From the NCBI GenBank assembly GCA_030167865.1, contig JALAGF010004219.1, forward strand, positions 61,014-81,013: a DNA stretch of 20,000 nt. Direction: 5' to 3'. Each line of letters opens with the position of its first letter. Within the stretch, counting starts at the first letter, position 1. The notes beneath the pieces are model-generated. The model made no database searches, was not told the DNA's origin, and saw nothing but the letters and a program-made list of their open reading frames with translations. A program made the translations under genes and the position numbers. This document shows positions 1 through 9,800 of this stretch, piece after piece. The DNA is from Craspedostauros australis. Its lineage: Eukaryota.

Positions 1-2
1 GA

Positions 3-1439
3 CTGCGGGGCACACCCCAAGAAACAATGCCGATACACCTTGCGATCAACCTTGCTGCGGCAGACGACGGCGACGACGACGCAGCAGTGTGTTTGCATGT
101 ACAACATCCCAGTAGGACCATCACCGACAGCTTGGCGACCATCGAATCCACCACCGTTGATTCTATCGTGCCAAAAGATACGACGGGACTTGCGGACTAC
201 AACAGCGAATCGTCCTACTCAAGCCACGATGATTCCTCCAGATCCTCCGCGCATGGAGCTCCTCGCACATCGTTCCATGACGCCTCGCCGGATGGAGCCT
301 TCGCAGATGAATACAACGATGGGGGCAATCCGCATCCCAGCCATACCAATCGATTTACCAACATGGTACCACTCGTGTTGCTGCAGTTGGCCGTTGTCGC
401 ATTCTCACTGAAGGGCCCCATCGTACATCTCACGTCGGATGGAATATGGTTCGGAACAGTGACTGTGCTCACCGCAGCGATCTTCTCATCGGGCATCTAC
501 ATTGCCTGGTCGGGCCAATGGAGTGCCAAGTTGCATGGGACGAGCCTGTTCCTGATCCTCCGACATGCCATGCCTGGCGATGGCATGCTCATGAGCTCCT
601 TCATGTACACGGCGTTCTCCAGCGCTCCAGTCTACCTGCAGGTCCACGGGTTGGTAGGCAGTCTTGCCAGCGTGGTATCGGCATGGTCCTACGGACGCTA
701 CCTTTCCAAGTTCAGCAGGGGGGCCATGCTGCGTTGGGTCATCGTATTCACGACGGTATTGACATCCGTTGTCTCTCTCAGCAACGTCGCCGTGGTGCGG
801 AATGTACGCGCAACAATCTTGGGCCACCAAGCAGCAGCAGACGACGCAGACACCGACACCGACACCGACACCGACACAAGCGGAAATGAGGATTCCAAAA
901 CGGTGAACTTTCCATTCTCCATCTTCGTTCTGTCCCTCATCACAAGCGTGCTCACAACCTTCACTGAGGAATGGTCCTTCCTCCCGGACATCATCCTTGC
1001 CACTTCGTCCGTTGAAATCCGCTCATCCAACGGATCATCATCAGCGACGAGGACGGTGAACAGAGATGCTCTGTACGCGGAAGTTGAGAACCCAAGTCAC
1101 ACAAGGAACGTGGAGATGGATGGCGACAGTGGCAACGTTGGCAACAGTGCTGGTGATGCGACTACCGCCAACGATCGTAACGCCGCGATCACTGCGAAGT
1201 CGAATGCAGGCCTCGAATACGGCGCGTTCATTTCGTGCCTTGACTTCGGTGACCAGCTCGGTGCGTTGCTAGCGAGTCCGCTGGTGGCCAGTCTTGGGAT
1301 CAATCGTGACAACGGTTGGGAGAACTACGACAAGATGATCCTGATCTGTTCGATCTTTGGCGTTTGCGCCTTGGCGTTCTTAACGTTGTTGCCAAGGGAT
1401 AGGGAGCGCCCAAGTCGATCATCCTCGTACGTAAACTAG
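3..1439 (+). CDS. BT1-family (folate-biopterin transporter-like) MFS membrane protein, 5'-truncated by the window edge
   Basis: The frame is open from position 3, so the true start is probably upstream. Several hydrophobic TM segments are separated by low-complexity loops. The C-terminal half (MSSFMYTAF..VGSLASVVSAWSYGRYL; WSFLPDIILA; LEYGAFISCLDFGDQLGALLASPLVASLGINRDNGWENYDKMILICS) resembles the C-terminal helices of BT1/FBT transporters. Ends in TAG at 1437-1439. Confidence 0.7.
   Translation: MRGTPQETMPIHLAINLAAADDGDDDAAVCLHVQHPSRTITDSLATIESTTVDSIVPKDTTGLADYNSESSYSSHDDSSRSSAHGAPRTSFHDASPDGAFADEYNDGGNPHPSHTNRFTNMVPLVLLQLAVVAFSLKGPIVHLTSDGIWFGTVTVLTAAIFSSGIYIAWSGQWSAKLHGTSLFLILRHAMPGDGMLMSSFMYTAFSSAPVYLQVHGLVGSLASVVSAWSYGRYLSKFSRGAMLRWVIVFTTVLTSVVSLSNVAVVRNVRATILGHQAAADDADTDTDTDTDTSGNEDSKTVNFPFSIFVLSLITSVLTTFTEEWSFLPDIILATSSVEIRSSNGSSSATRTVNRDALYAEVENPSHTRNVEMDGDSGNVGNSAGDATTANDRNAAITAKSNAGLEYGAFISCLDFGDQLGALLASPLVASLGINRDNGWENYDKMILICSIFGVCALAFLTLLPRDRERPSRSSSYVN
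849..878 (+). repeat. Coding hexamer microsatellite (GACACC)x4 plus GACACA, encoding (DT)5
   Basis: Directly visible; lies in a predicted hydrophilic loop of the transporter. Confidence 0.9.
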
Positions 1440-2055
1440 CTCGTAAGCATGCGGTGAGGATTCACGAAGCACAGATCTGCGATTGCTCCTCTGCAAATGC
1501 AGTACGCAACTGCACAGACGTCCTTCATGTTGTCAAAACGATAGAGTTGGTCCTGTCATAGAGTAGATCAGGGTAGAAAAGAGTAGAGCATCTCGGATAA
1601 GAAAGGATGAGATGGGATGGGGCCGCGTTCTCTTGCCCAAAGCACATCCTCACGCGACAGCTGCTTGTAGCCCAAACAAGAATCTCCGGAGAGAGGCCGC
1701 TACGCAGCTCAATCAATGTGCAGTTTCCAATAGCACAACAAGCGGAGTAAACAGGACGCAATTGGAAAATAAGATGTAGCAAGAAGCTAATTACCAAAAC
1801 CAACCACACGAATCGGTCAAACCAAAAACAGAAAAGAGACGCGCACAATCACCAGCAACAGAACCAGACAATCTGCAAGGAACATTGACAGGACGAGGAC
1901 GACCTACTCGAAAGCCATTCTTGCTCTATCCGTCGAGACAAAGAAAGGGGGATCGGGCAAAGCGACGATACCAACAAGAGTGTGCCATCCGGAGTAATCT
2001 CCATAGCAGTCATACTCAGAATCACAACCAACATTATCACCACAATCGATTGAAA

Positions 2056-3102
2056 ATGGGAGACAGAAAGGTCGTGAACAAGTACATCCCGGCGGACTTC
2101 GATCCGTCGCTGGTGCCGAAGGGCAAGAAGCTGTCGACGAAGGATGGCACGGTCCCCGTTCGCATGATGCTCCCGTTCAGCGTCCAATGCGAGACCTGCA
2201 ACACCTTCATGTACCGCGGGCGCAAGTTCAACTCCAAGAAGGAGCCCATGGGTGGACCGGACGGCAAGTACCTCGGCATCCAGCGCTTCCGATTCTACAT
2301 CAAATGCACGCACTGCTCGCGCAGCATCAGCTTCCTCACGGATCCGCAGAACGCCGATTACGAGATGGAATCGGGCGGCACGCGGAACTACGAGGTGTAC
2401 AAAGACAAGGAGAAGAAGGCGGAGACATCCGCGTTGGAAAAGGAGAAGGAGGAGAAGCTGGATCCCATGAAGGCCTTGGAGAATCGGGTGCTGGAAAGTC
2501 AGCGCGAGATGGCAGATCTGGACAACCTGGAAGAAATCCGCGCCATGAATCGCAAACATGTCCAGCTGATGAAGGAGAACGAGAAGAATGGATTGGGGGC
2601 GGATGCCAAGTCCTTGCTGGACAGGATCGATGCTGGCAAGAAGAAGAAGCAGACGAATGGCAATGGCGCTGTGTTGAATGAGAGAGGCATCACGGCGGAA
2701 GATGAAGAACTGATCAAATCCATCAAGTTCGGTGGTGGTGGTGGTGAGAAGAAGAAGAAAAAGAAGAAGCACAAGAAGAGCAAGAAAAAACAGAAATCCC
2801 TTGAAGGTGCTGGGGGAAGCGCGAATGATGATGGCAATGCCGATGGCGATGATAATGATGAAGAGATGGCATTGTTGCAGGCGGCTCATCGCAAACGCAA
2901 GCAGCAGCAAATGCAGCAAGAAGAGGAGCAAAGGAAAAAGAGCGTGGCTGCTGCTGCAGCGCCGAGAATGACGATCGTCAAGAAGAAACGGAAAATCGCT
3001 CCCCAAAAGCCAGAAGCCGAAACCAAGAAGGCAGATAAATCGAACGGCGCAGGTCTGTCAGATTTGTTGGGTGGCTATGGATCAGGGTCTGACAGTGACT
3101 AG
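2056..3102 (+). CDS. YJU2: Splicing factor YJU2 (CCDC94/Cwc16 family)
   Basis: The ATG at 2056 gives MGDRKVVNKYIPADFDPS, matching the YJU2 N-terminus (MSERKVLNKYxPPDFDPS). Also VRMMLPFSVQCETC, GRKFNSKKE and YLGIQRFRFYIKCTHC..TDPQNADYEMESGGTRN (two CxxC zinc pairs), then DPMKALENR..SQREMADLDNLEEIR and a C-terminal LLGGYGSGSDSD. The ORF-track start at 1885 is a TTG with a non-conserved extension. Confidence 0.95.
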   Translation: MGDRKVVNKYIPADFDPSLVPKGKKLSTKDGTVPVRMMLPFSVQCETCNTFMYRGRKFNSKKEPMGGPDGKYLGIQRFRFYIKCTHCSRSISFLTDPQNADYEMESGGTRNYEVYKDKEKKAETSALEKEKEEKLDPMKALENRVLESQREMADLDNLEEIRAMNRKHVQLMKENEKNGLGADAKSLLDRIDAGKKKKQTNGNGAVLNERGITAEDEELIKSIKFGGGGGEKKKKKKKHKKSKKKQKSLEGAGGSANDDGNADGDDNDEEMALLQAAHRKRKQQQMQQEEEQRKKSVAAAAAPRMTIVKKKRKIAPQKPEAETKKADKSNGAGLSDLLGGYGSGSDSD

Positions 3103-3552
3103 TGAGTGTGTACCAGTACTCCTCGTCGTATCGTAGTATAAATGCGGTTACTCTACTACTCTACTAATATAGTACATATCATCGCTCTCCTACTGCCGAC
3201 AAAAGAACAAGCTGCTCCGTTGTCGTTTGATGCAGGACTCGGGAGAGTGTACAATGTGTTCAGACTGTTTCAGTCACAAGCTTCCTCTCTGCTCGTACAA
3301 CACTTGTCTACAGAGAATGGCATGCGCTGTGGAAATGACACTTGCCACACAGTATGGTACCATGCAAGAGCAGCCTGCCGTGCGATCTCGCCGCCATTGC
3401 TGTTGCTGCCATTCTGTGCCAAAGTGTTTTCAGGGGCGGCATTGTTGTCGTAGTCGTTACCATCATGGACGGAACACTTGTTTCTCTATTACGAGTACGT
3501 ACACCCTGTCCTGAAGAGAGGCATTCATGCTCGTGCAAACGGTTACGGATCC

Positions 3553-3570
3553 CTCTCTCTCTCTCTCTCT
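3553..3570. repeat. (CT)9 microsatellite abutting the TFB1 stop codon
   Basis: ctctctctctctctctct immediately 3' of, and overlapping, the minus-strand TAG. Confidence 0.9.
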
Positions 3571-5761
3571 AGAAGCTCTCGATGGTGACAAAACCGCCAC
3601 CTCCGCCACCGTCGCTGCCATCACGGTTCAGCTTGAATGCGCAGTCCAGCTGGTCCATGATCTGGAGGCACATTTTCTGCATAACGGTCATGAGCTCGCC
3701 CTTGTGCTTCTGCCCCAGTTCCGTGCGCATTTCATGCATCTGCTCGTACACCTTCTTCATACCCTGCACGATGTTCTTCAATTTTTGGCTGTTGGCTGAA
3801 TTAGAACCCTGCGAGTCTGCCAGCCGTCGCAAGGCGAAGAAGTGACGCAGTAACTCAGAGGAACGGCGAAAGAACAGGTGCAAGTTTTGCTTGAAGTCCT
3901 CCGGCAACGAATTGACGACCTCCAGCGTATCTGCATCCGTTTTGGAGTCCTCTGCCATCTTCCTCGTGAGGGCCTTGAGAAGTTCGCGGCCCAGATCCGG
4001 AGGCGGGAAATAGTCTGCTGGTGGTTCTTCGTCCGCGGCGCCCGGTTTGGCCCCGTCGTTGGCCTTCGTCCTGTGCACCTTCTTGACGAGCTTCGCCGCC
4101 TTGGCGACCATGGAGGTTGCGAAGAAGGCACGTCGCTTCATGGTCTGCTCGTCTGGCTTTTCGTGAGTCCCAACGCCCTTGTCCTTGCTGTGCGCCGAAT
4201 AGTAGGACTCGATGTTCTTCAACGTGAGCTCGGCGTACTCATTGTCCTCCTGCAACCCCCTGCCCATCGCGTGGTTGGCCATCCCGGATGGCGCATTCGC
4301 GAAATCCACCAGGCGGTACATCTCTTCATCTTCGCCACCGCCAGGTTTGGCATCGCTGTCATCAGGCAGCACCTCCTTGACGCTGCGTTTGGCGACCTCC
4401 ATGAGGTTGCATCCAGCCCGTGCTTCATCGGGATGCAGCACCATGGCCCAATGCCGGTTGTACTTTTGGATGACGCGCGAACCCTTACCGTCATCGGTGG
4501 TGCTGGGCGGATGGTTATCACGCGGTCCCTCCAGAAGCTTGCCACGTTCCGTTTCGAAGGTGGAGGCCAAGTCGAATTGTCCCACGGCAAGGTTGGTTCC
4601 CCACCTCTTGCCTTTCGTGCCCGTTTCATCGGCCCTGACTTCCCGCAGCCTCTGGTCGTACCGCGAGAAGATGTCATCCGTGCTGATAGCCGCCGCACGT
4701 GCCTCCTGCTCCTCGATGGATTTGGCGCCTTTGGGTCCGTTTTGGCCACCCTTGGACGCGCCGTGACCACTGTTGCTGGCAGCACCGACACGACCGCGAT
4801 CGCGGTGGAAGTACTCTGATTCCAGGTACTTTCTCCAGAACTGCTCGTCGCTGAGCTCCAGCGGCACCTTCTCCTCGTAAGCCTTGTGAACCGCTGGGTA
4901 GAGGATGAAGATCTGGCGCATCTCCTCCACGCCCAGCGTGACGCGTCCTGTGACGAGCTGCAGGTGCGATTGCAGGAGCGACGATGTGCCAGCGCGCGTC
5001 ATGCCGCTGATCCTGGCGTACTCCTCCTCCAGGAGGTCCTGATGCGTGTCCCAGAAGTCTTCCTCATTGACGGTGGAGGTCTCCGTGACGAGGTACTGGT
5101 GCTGTGCACGCAGAGATGGATTGGCGGCCAGCAGGGATGATCGCGTAACGGCGACGGCAGTTGGATCAAGCTCTCCGTAAGATACGGACGTGGTCTTGCC
5201 AGACTGAAGACGAGCTGACAGGTTGAGTGGTGCAGGTGACGCGTGTGGCGGAGTGAGCATGGAATGCGTGCGCTTCCTGGCTCCATTCGATGTTGGCGAT
5301 CGAAACTCAGCCGGCTGCTGCTGCTGTTGCACGCCTGCTGCTGCTGATGATGATGATACTGTCGACGGCGGCTTCTGCGAGCTGGAGGTGGCGACTTCTG
5401 GCTTGTTTTGCTCCGTGCGCTTGGCCTTGAACCTCTGCATCCTCTCGCTGATGTCCTTGCGGATGCGTTCGAGATCCGGCCGCGACGCAAAGAGGTAGGT
5501 GCAGGACTTGCCATCCTTGAGGAGCACCTTGAGCAACGCCTTGGGATGCTTCGCAGGGCTGACCTGATGCTTGGCGATGGACATCCAAGGGATGGCTTGG
5601 TTGGCAACCGTTGCTATCGCGTCTGACGACGCCTTGAATTGGAATTTGCTCTCCGTCAGCAGCAGCTTTCCATCGGCCTTCTTGAAGGTGACGGAGGTGT
5701 ACGTCGACATCGGGGACGAGCTGCTGTCGCTGTCATCGTCTGTATCCATTGCAGTCGCCAT
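3569..5761 (-). CDS. GTF2H1: General transcription and DNA repair factor TFIIH subunit p62 (TFB1/GTF2H1)
   Basis: N-terminal PH-like domain (VTFKKADGKLLLTESKFQF..IPWMSIAKHQVSPAKHPKALLKV). Two BSD domains (LLAANPSLRAQHQYLV..VNEEDFW; EEMRQIFILYPAVHKAYEEKVPLELSDEQFWRKYLESEYF). Also IQKYNRH and C-terminal SSELLRHFF motifs. Single 730-aa exon. Confidence 0.9.
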   Translation of the reverse strand: MATAMDTDDDSDSSSSPMSTYTSVTFKKADGKLLLTESKFQFKASSDAIATVANQAIPWMSIAKHQVSPAKHPKALLKVLLKDGKSCTYLFASRPDLERIRKDISERMQRFKAKRTEQNKPEVATSSSQKPPSTVSSSSAAAGVQQQQQPAEFRSPTSNGARKRTHSMLTPPHASPAPLNLSARLQSGKTTSVSYGELDPTAVAVTRSSLLAANPSLRAQHQYLVTETSTVNEEDFWDTHQDLLEEEYARISGMTRAGTSSLLQSHLQLVTGRVTLGVEEMRQIFILYPAVHKAYEEKVPLELSDEQFWRKYLESEYFHRDRGRVGAASNSGHGASKGGQNGPKGAKSIEEQEARAAAISTDDIFSRYDQRLREVRADETGTKGKRWGTNLAVGQFDLASTFETERGKLLEGPRDNHPPSTTDDGKGSRVIQKYNRHWAMVLHPDEARAGCNLMEVAKRSVKEVLPDDSDAKPGGGEDEEMYRLVDFANAPSGMANHAMGRGLQEDNEYAELTLKNIESYYSAHSKDKGVGTHEKPDEQTMKRRAFFATSMVAKAAKLVKKVHRTKANDGAKPGAADEEPPADYFPPPDLGRELLKALTRKMAEDSKTDADTLEVVNSLPEDFKQNLHLFFRRSSELLRHFFALRRLADSQGSNSANSQKLKNIVQGMKKVYEQMHEMRTELGQKHKGELMTVMQKMCLQIMDQLDCAFKLNRDGSDGGGGGGFVTIESF

Positions 5762-5781
5762 GGTCGACCGTCGAACTTGAT

Positions 5782-5820
5782 TTGATACTGCACTTGCCGC
5801 TGCGCTTGATACTGCACTTG
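5782..5820. repeat. 15-bp direct repeat TTGATACTGCACTTG (5782-5796, 5806-5820) just upstream of the TFB1 start
   Basis: Two exact copies with a 24-bp period, separated by ccgctgcgc. Confidence 0.85.
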
Positions 5821-6807
5821 ATGACGACGCGATGCCTCCGTGGATCGTACGGGTAGCGTGTTGAAGTCGTTCAAAACGTGTGAATACACGCTGCTGTGTT
5901 GAGTCCTCTGTTGCTTGGTGGTTGGGCGCTTGGCTATCTTGTCATCTATTATACTCTGCCGTCGGTTGCCTCCACACCCGCCATGGTCGATCCTCTCTTT
6001 GCGCAGTGTCGCCATCGTGAACTCCATTCCGACCCCTTTGCGCCCGCGTTTGTCACGCTTGTGACCGGACGATCGCAGTCGTGTCACCTCAATTCAAACA
6101 CGTCTGGTGTCGGTCGCAGAGTCGAAGAGGTCGCATTTCGAAGAGAATCGTTGTTTGCCTGCGTTTTCGCCGAATTGTCTCCCACTTGTCGCATACGACA
6201 TATTGGATACGAATGCGATCTTGTGACGTGCCTTCCAACACATTTCAGTACGAAGAACGTCCAGAACACAACAAGATCGTGTCGTCTGCGACATGGTAGG
6301 CGATGTACGAGCATGTGCGTTGGGGGGGAAGCCAAGTACTGAGTGAGGCCCTGAAACCAGCACCAACAGAAATTACCACCACCCTGGTTGTTTGTGTTTC
6401 GCGAGTGGATGGTGTGCGGATGGATGTGTTTGGGTTGTTCCTTTTTTGCGACCCGCGGGCGGTTCCGGTGGTCGTGGTTGTGTTGGTGGGCGAAATGAAA
6501 CAACACGTAGCGATGCGGTCAACGCGAGGGTCGTGTTCTGCGAAACAACCCACACGAAGTGCGAGTCCACTGCGCGCAGCTGCAACTGCGCGACCACCAT
6601 GGCGTGAAGCATCACTGCGAAGAAAGCAAGGGGTTGTGTAACACGTACAAGCACGAGAACGAGCACGAGCAGGAGCAGTCGCACGCGTACGATGAGAGAC
6701 AGAGATTTCGCATCCACATCATCGCGATCAGAAGAGAGTGTCGGGCCCGTTCGGGAAGGGAGCTTGGGTTTGAACAACAAAGGACCAGCATCATAACGAC
6801 ACTGCAC

Positions 6808-6847
6808 TATACAGCAATATTATATAATAGATAATATTCTATAATAA
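6808..6847 (+). promoter_or_regulatory. AT-rich island with TATATAA, a possible core promoter of the CW-domain gene
   Basis: Near-pure A/T tract in a GC-rich background, about 40-80 bp upstream of the ATG at 6886. Function is inferred from position only. Confidence 0.35.
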
Positions 6848-6885
6848 GGCGACACATAATCCATAGCGTATCATACTTGTCAGCA

Positions 6886-9800
6886 ATGAGCTCACTCAGG
6901 TTGGCATTGAAGCAATCGCTGCAAGAGACCGGGCATCTGGCGGTCAAGAAGAGAGGTGGCAGCGGCAGGAAGCGCTCCAGTCTCACCACCACCAGCAGCA
7001 ACGGCAAGAACGGTGATCGCAGCAGCAACGCCGTCAGCAGCGACAGCAAGTCGCCCACGCAGAAGCGCCGTCGCCGGATGCGCAAGCGCGGCAGAGGCAA
7101 GCAGAATCGCCGCCGCAAGCAGAGGGAGCTGGAGGAGGCCGAACGCGCCCGACGCGCCGCCGAAGAAGTCAACGGTCTCAATGACGATCACACTCGCGAT
7201 GATGACCACGAGCACCGCGATCCCTTCGGGGACGACTCGGACGATGAGGAGCACGAGTTCGATTCGGAAGCCGGCGACGAGGACTCCGACGATGAGGAGC
7301 ACGAATACGGGCACGATCATGATGACGATGACGATGACGAGGATGACCACGACGATGCGGAAGACGACGATGATGGTGAAGACGGCGATGAAGATGACGA
7401 CGACGACGACGACAACGAAGAGATGGAGTTCGACTTTGATGATGAAGACGGCGACGAGGACGATGATGACGATGAGGGAGACGAAGACGACGAAGAGATG
7501 GAGTTCGAGGACGAAGTCAGCCCTCGCCGGAGTCCGAACCGAATGAGAAGGAAGCGAAGGAAGAGGTTACGATCGCGATCACGATCGATGTCGCAATCGC
7601 ACGAGCAAGACGGGCGCCGGAGTCCCTCGCGGAAGTCATCTGCTTCAGACCAGCAAGCGTCAAAGAGCACGCCATCATCCCACGACTATGACAACCAACG
7701 TGATGACATTGACGGAAACAGCGCCAAAGTCAAAGGCAAAGGCAGATCACGCGATGAAGACGGAGGTGGAGGAGGCGAGAGCCACCAAGTTCGGGTAAGC
7801 CAGCTCAAGGAGAAGAAGCGGCTTCGGAAGCTCCAGAAGATGAAACGACTGCAGCAGGAGTCCGCTTCCAAGATACAGAACCAATGGAAGAAAGCCAAGG
7901 AAGACAAACATCAGCGACGCAGAGATAGACATGACGAGCATACTGATGCTTCCACTGGCGATGCACCAACTTTCAGTGGCTCACACGACGTCGACATGCG
8001 CCAATCACCACCCCCAAGGAAGAACGCTGCCTCCTCACCAACTGCAGCTGCTGCAGAATCTGCTGCGTTACCTCCTCGTGTCTCCAAGCCATTGAATCCA
8101 AGCGCCAGCACATCAAGTGCTAGCGCGAACATCAATGGCAAGGACATTGGTGGCGGTGGCAGTAGCAGTGACAAGGATCATTCCAAACACGGCCACTCTC
8201 GTCACACTGATGGCGATGCTGCCACGAACGCAGGCAGGATGGGCAAATTCAGTCACGCAGATGATGCGGATACAGGCAAGAACAACAGCAGCGAAGCGAA
8301 CGTGGGTTCTGGTACTGGCAAGACCACTCCGAAGCGACCGCAGCATGAAAGCCTCGGAGTTGCATCATCAGCAACAGACGCGGCTACGGCGGCATCTGGA
8401 GGATTGTCAACGCCAACTTCCGTGCCTGCAAACCCCACCAAGAAGAAAAAGAAGAACAAGAACCAACAACATCAGGATGGAGGTGGCGGTGGATCTTCGT
8501 CGGGGAAGTCGAACACGGTGCCACCACCAGCACGCGATCTGCTCGAGTGGACGAGGAACTTGTCCGAACGCAGATGTCGGAAGCACATGGCTCCGGGCCT
8601 GAGAGTCAAGGTAAGATTGCGTCCGTCTGTCTGTCCTTGTTTGCTTCCATGCTTGCGTCCTGCGGTGAGCGCGGTGCAGCACAACAACTTGCTCATCTCC
8701 GACACTCGTATCGCTCACATCTCGCTGTTTCCATACGTATGTATGCCTCATCGATTTCGTGCGCGACCAACGCAACAACAGGTCCGATTCGCAACCAAGG
8801 TCAAGCGAGAGGGAAAGGTCTTCACCAAACGGAGATGGTATGGCGGTCGTATTTCAGCTGTGTCGAAGGAAGGTTCAAAAATTAGAATCAAGTACGATGA
8901 TGGTACCAGCGAGGTGTCCAAATTCCCTGACAAGGACATCGTGGTGGATGACACCAGCAATGGAACGCATGCGGTGAGTGCCGACAAATTCGTTCCTCCA
9001 CAAATGACACCTCAATCACCCGAAGCGACTGTCGCAACGATGAATGATGGCGCAATCGCAGCCGCAATGTCCGAGCAACCAGATACCAAAGACCAAGAGA
9101 AGAACCAATCCTTGTCGAATGCGGAACGTGAGCAACCGAAGAAGGCTTCACACAACAACCTTCAACAGCAGCAGCAGCAGCAATATGATGATGACCAACA
9201 GCAGAAGCAACAACAGAAACAGGAACGCAATGCGAAGAAGTCAAAAGGCAAGCAGCAAGCAACGCCCAGTCGAAGTGGCGATGATCGCGAATCCAACACC
9301 AAGTCAGCAGACGCATCTTCTGCGCAATCACAATCAAATAAATCCGCCAGAGTATCCGCACCCACAGCTGACACATCACCGTCACAGCATCAAAAGTTGA
9401 AGACAGAGACGGGTGACAAGGCCGTTGCCACAGCTGTTGCGTCATCGTCGGCAGAACCGAAAACTCCGAAGACCGCGAAGCCACACAAAGATCAGGCCAA
9501 CACCAAAGCGCAGTTGGTAACAGTTGTGCAAGATACCGACATGGCGAAACAAGCCAACTCTCACGGGAAGCAAAAGTCGGCATTGCAAATCCAAAAACAG
9601 CAAGGTGCGACACTTTCAACTGCCCAGCATTCCAGCAAAGTCGAAGGCAACACGGCAACGAAGGTAAGGAGTGATCCGACGAACGAACGGGCCGAAAGTG
9701 GGGACCAGGAATCCTCGATGATGAACGTCACTCCCAATGGCCAAACACAACCAGCGGTGAAAGCTGGGACGAAGGGAGCCCATGCGCCGCAGGTTGCACC

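Noticed and set aside
1885-2055. N-terminal extension of the YJU2 ORF
   Set aside because: Starts at TTG and is non-conserved. YJU2 homology begins at the ATG at 2056, so this is likely 5' UTR.
1849-3006. 385-aa antisense ORF with hydrophobic stretches
   Set aside because: Shadow of the Lys/Glu-rich YJU2 codons; non-ATG start and no motifs.
5870-5880. TTCAAAACGTG matching part of the terminal palindromic array unit
   Set aside because: A single 11-bp match lacking the palindromic core; compatible with chance.
5896-6834. Several 70-150 aa ORFs in the TFB1-CW intergenic region
   Set aside because: They overlap in many frames, show no recognisable domains and are expected in GC-rich DNA.
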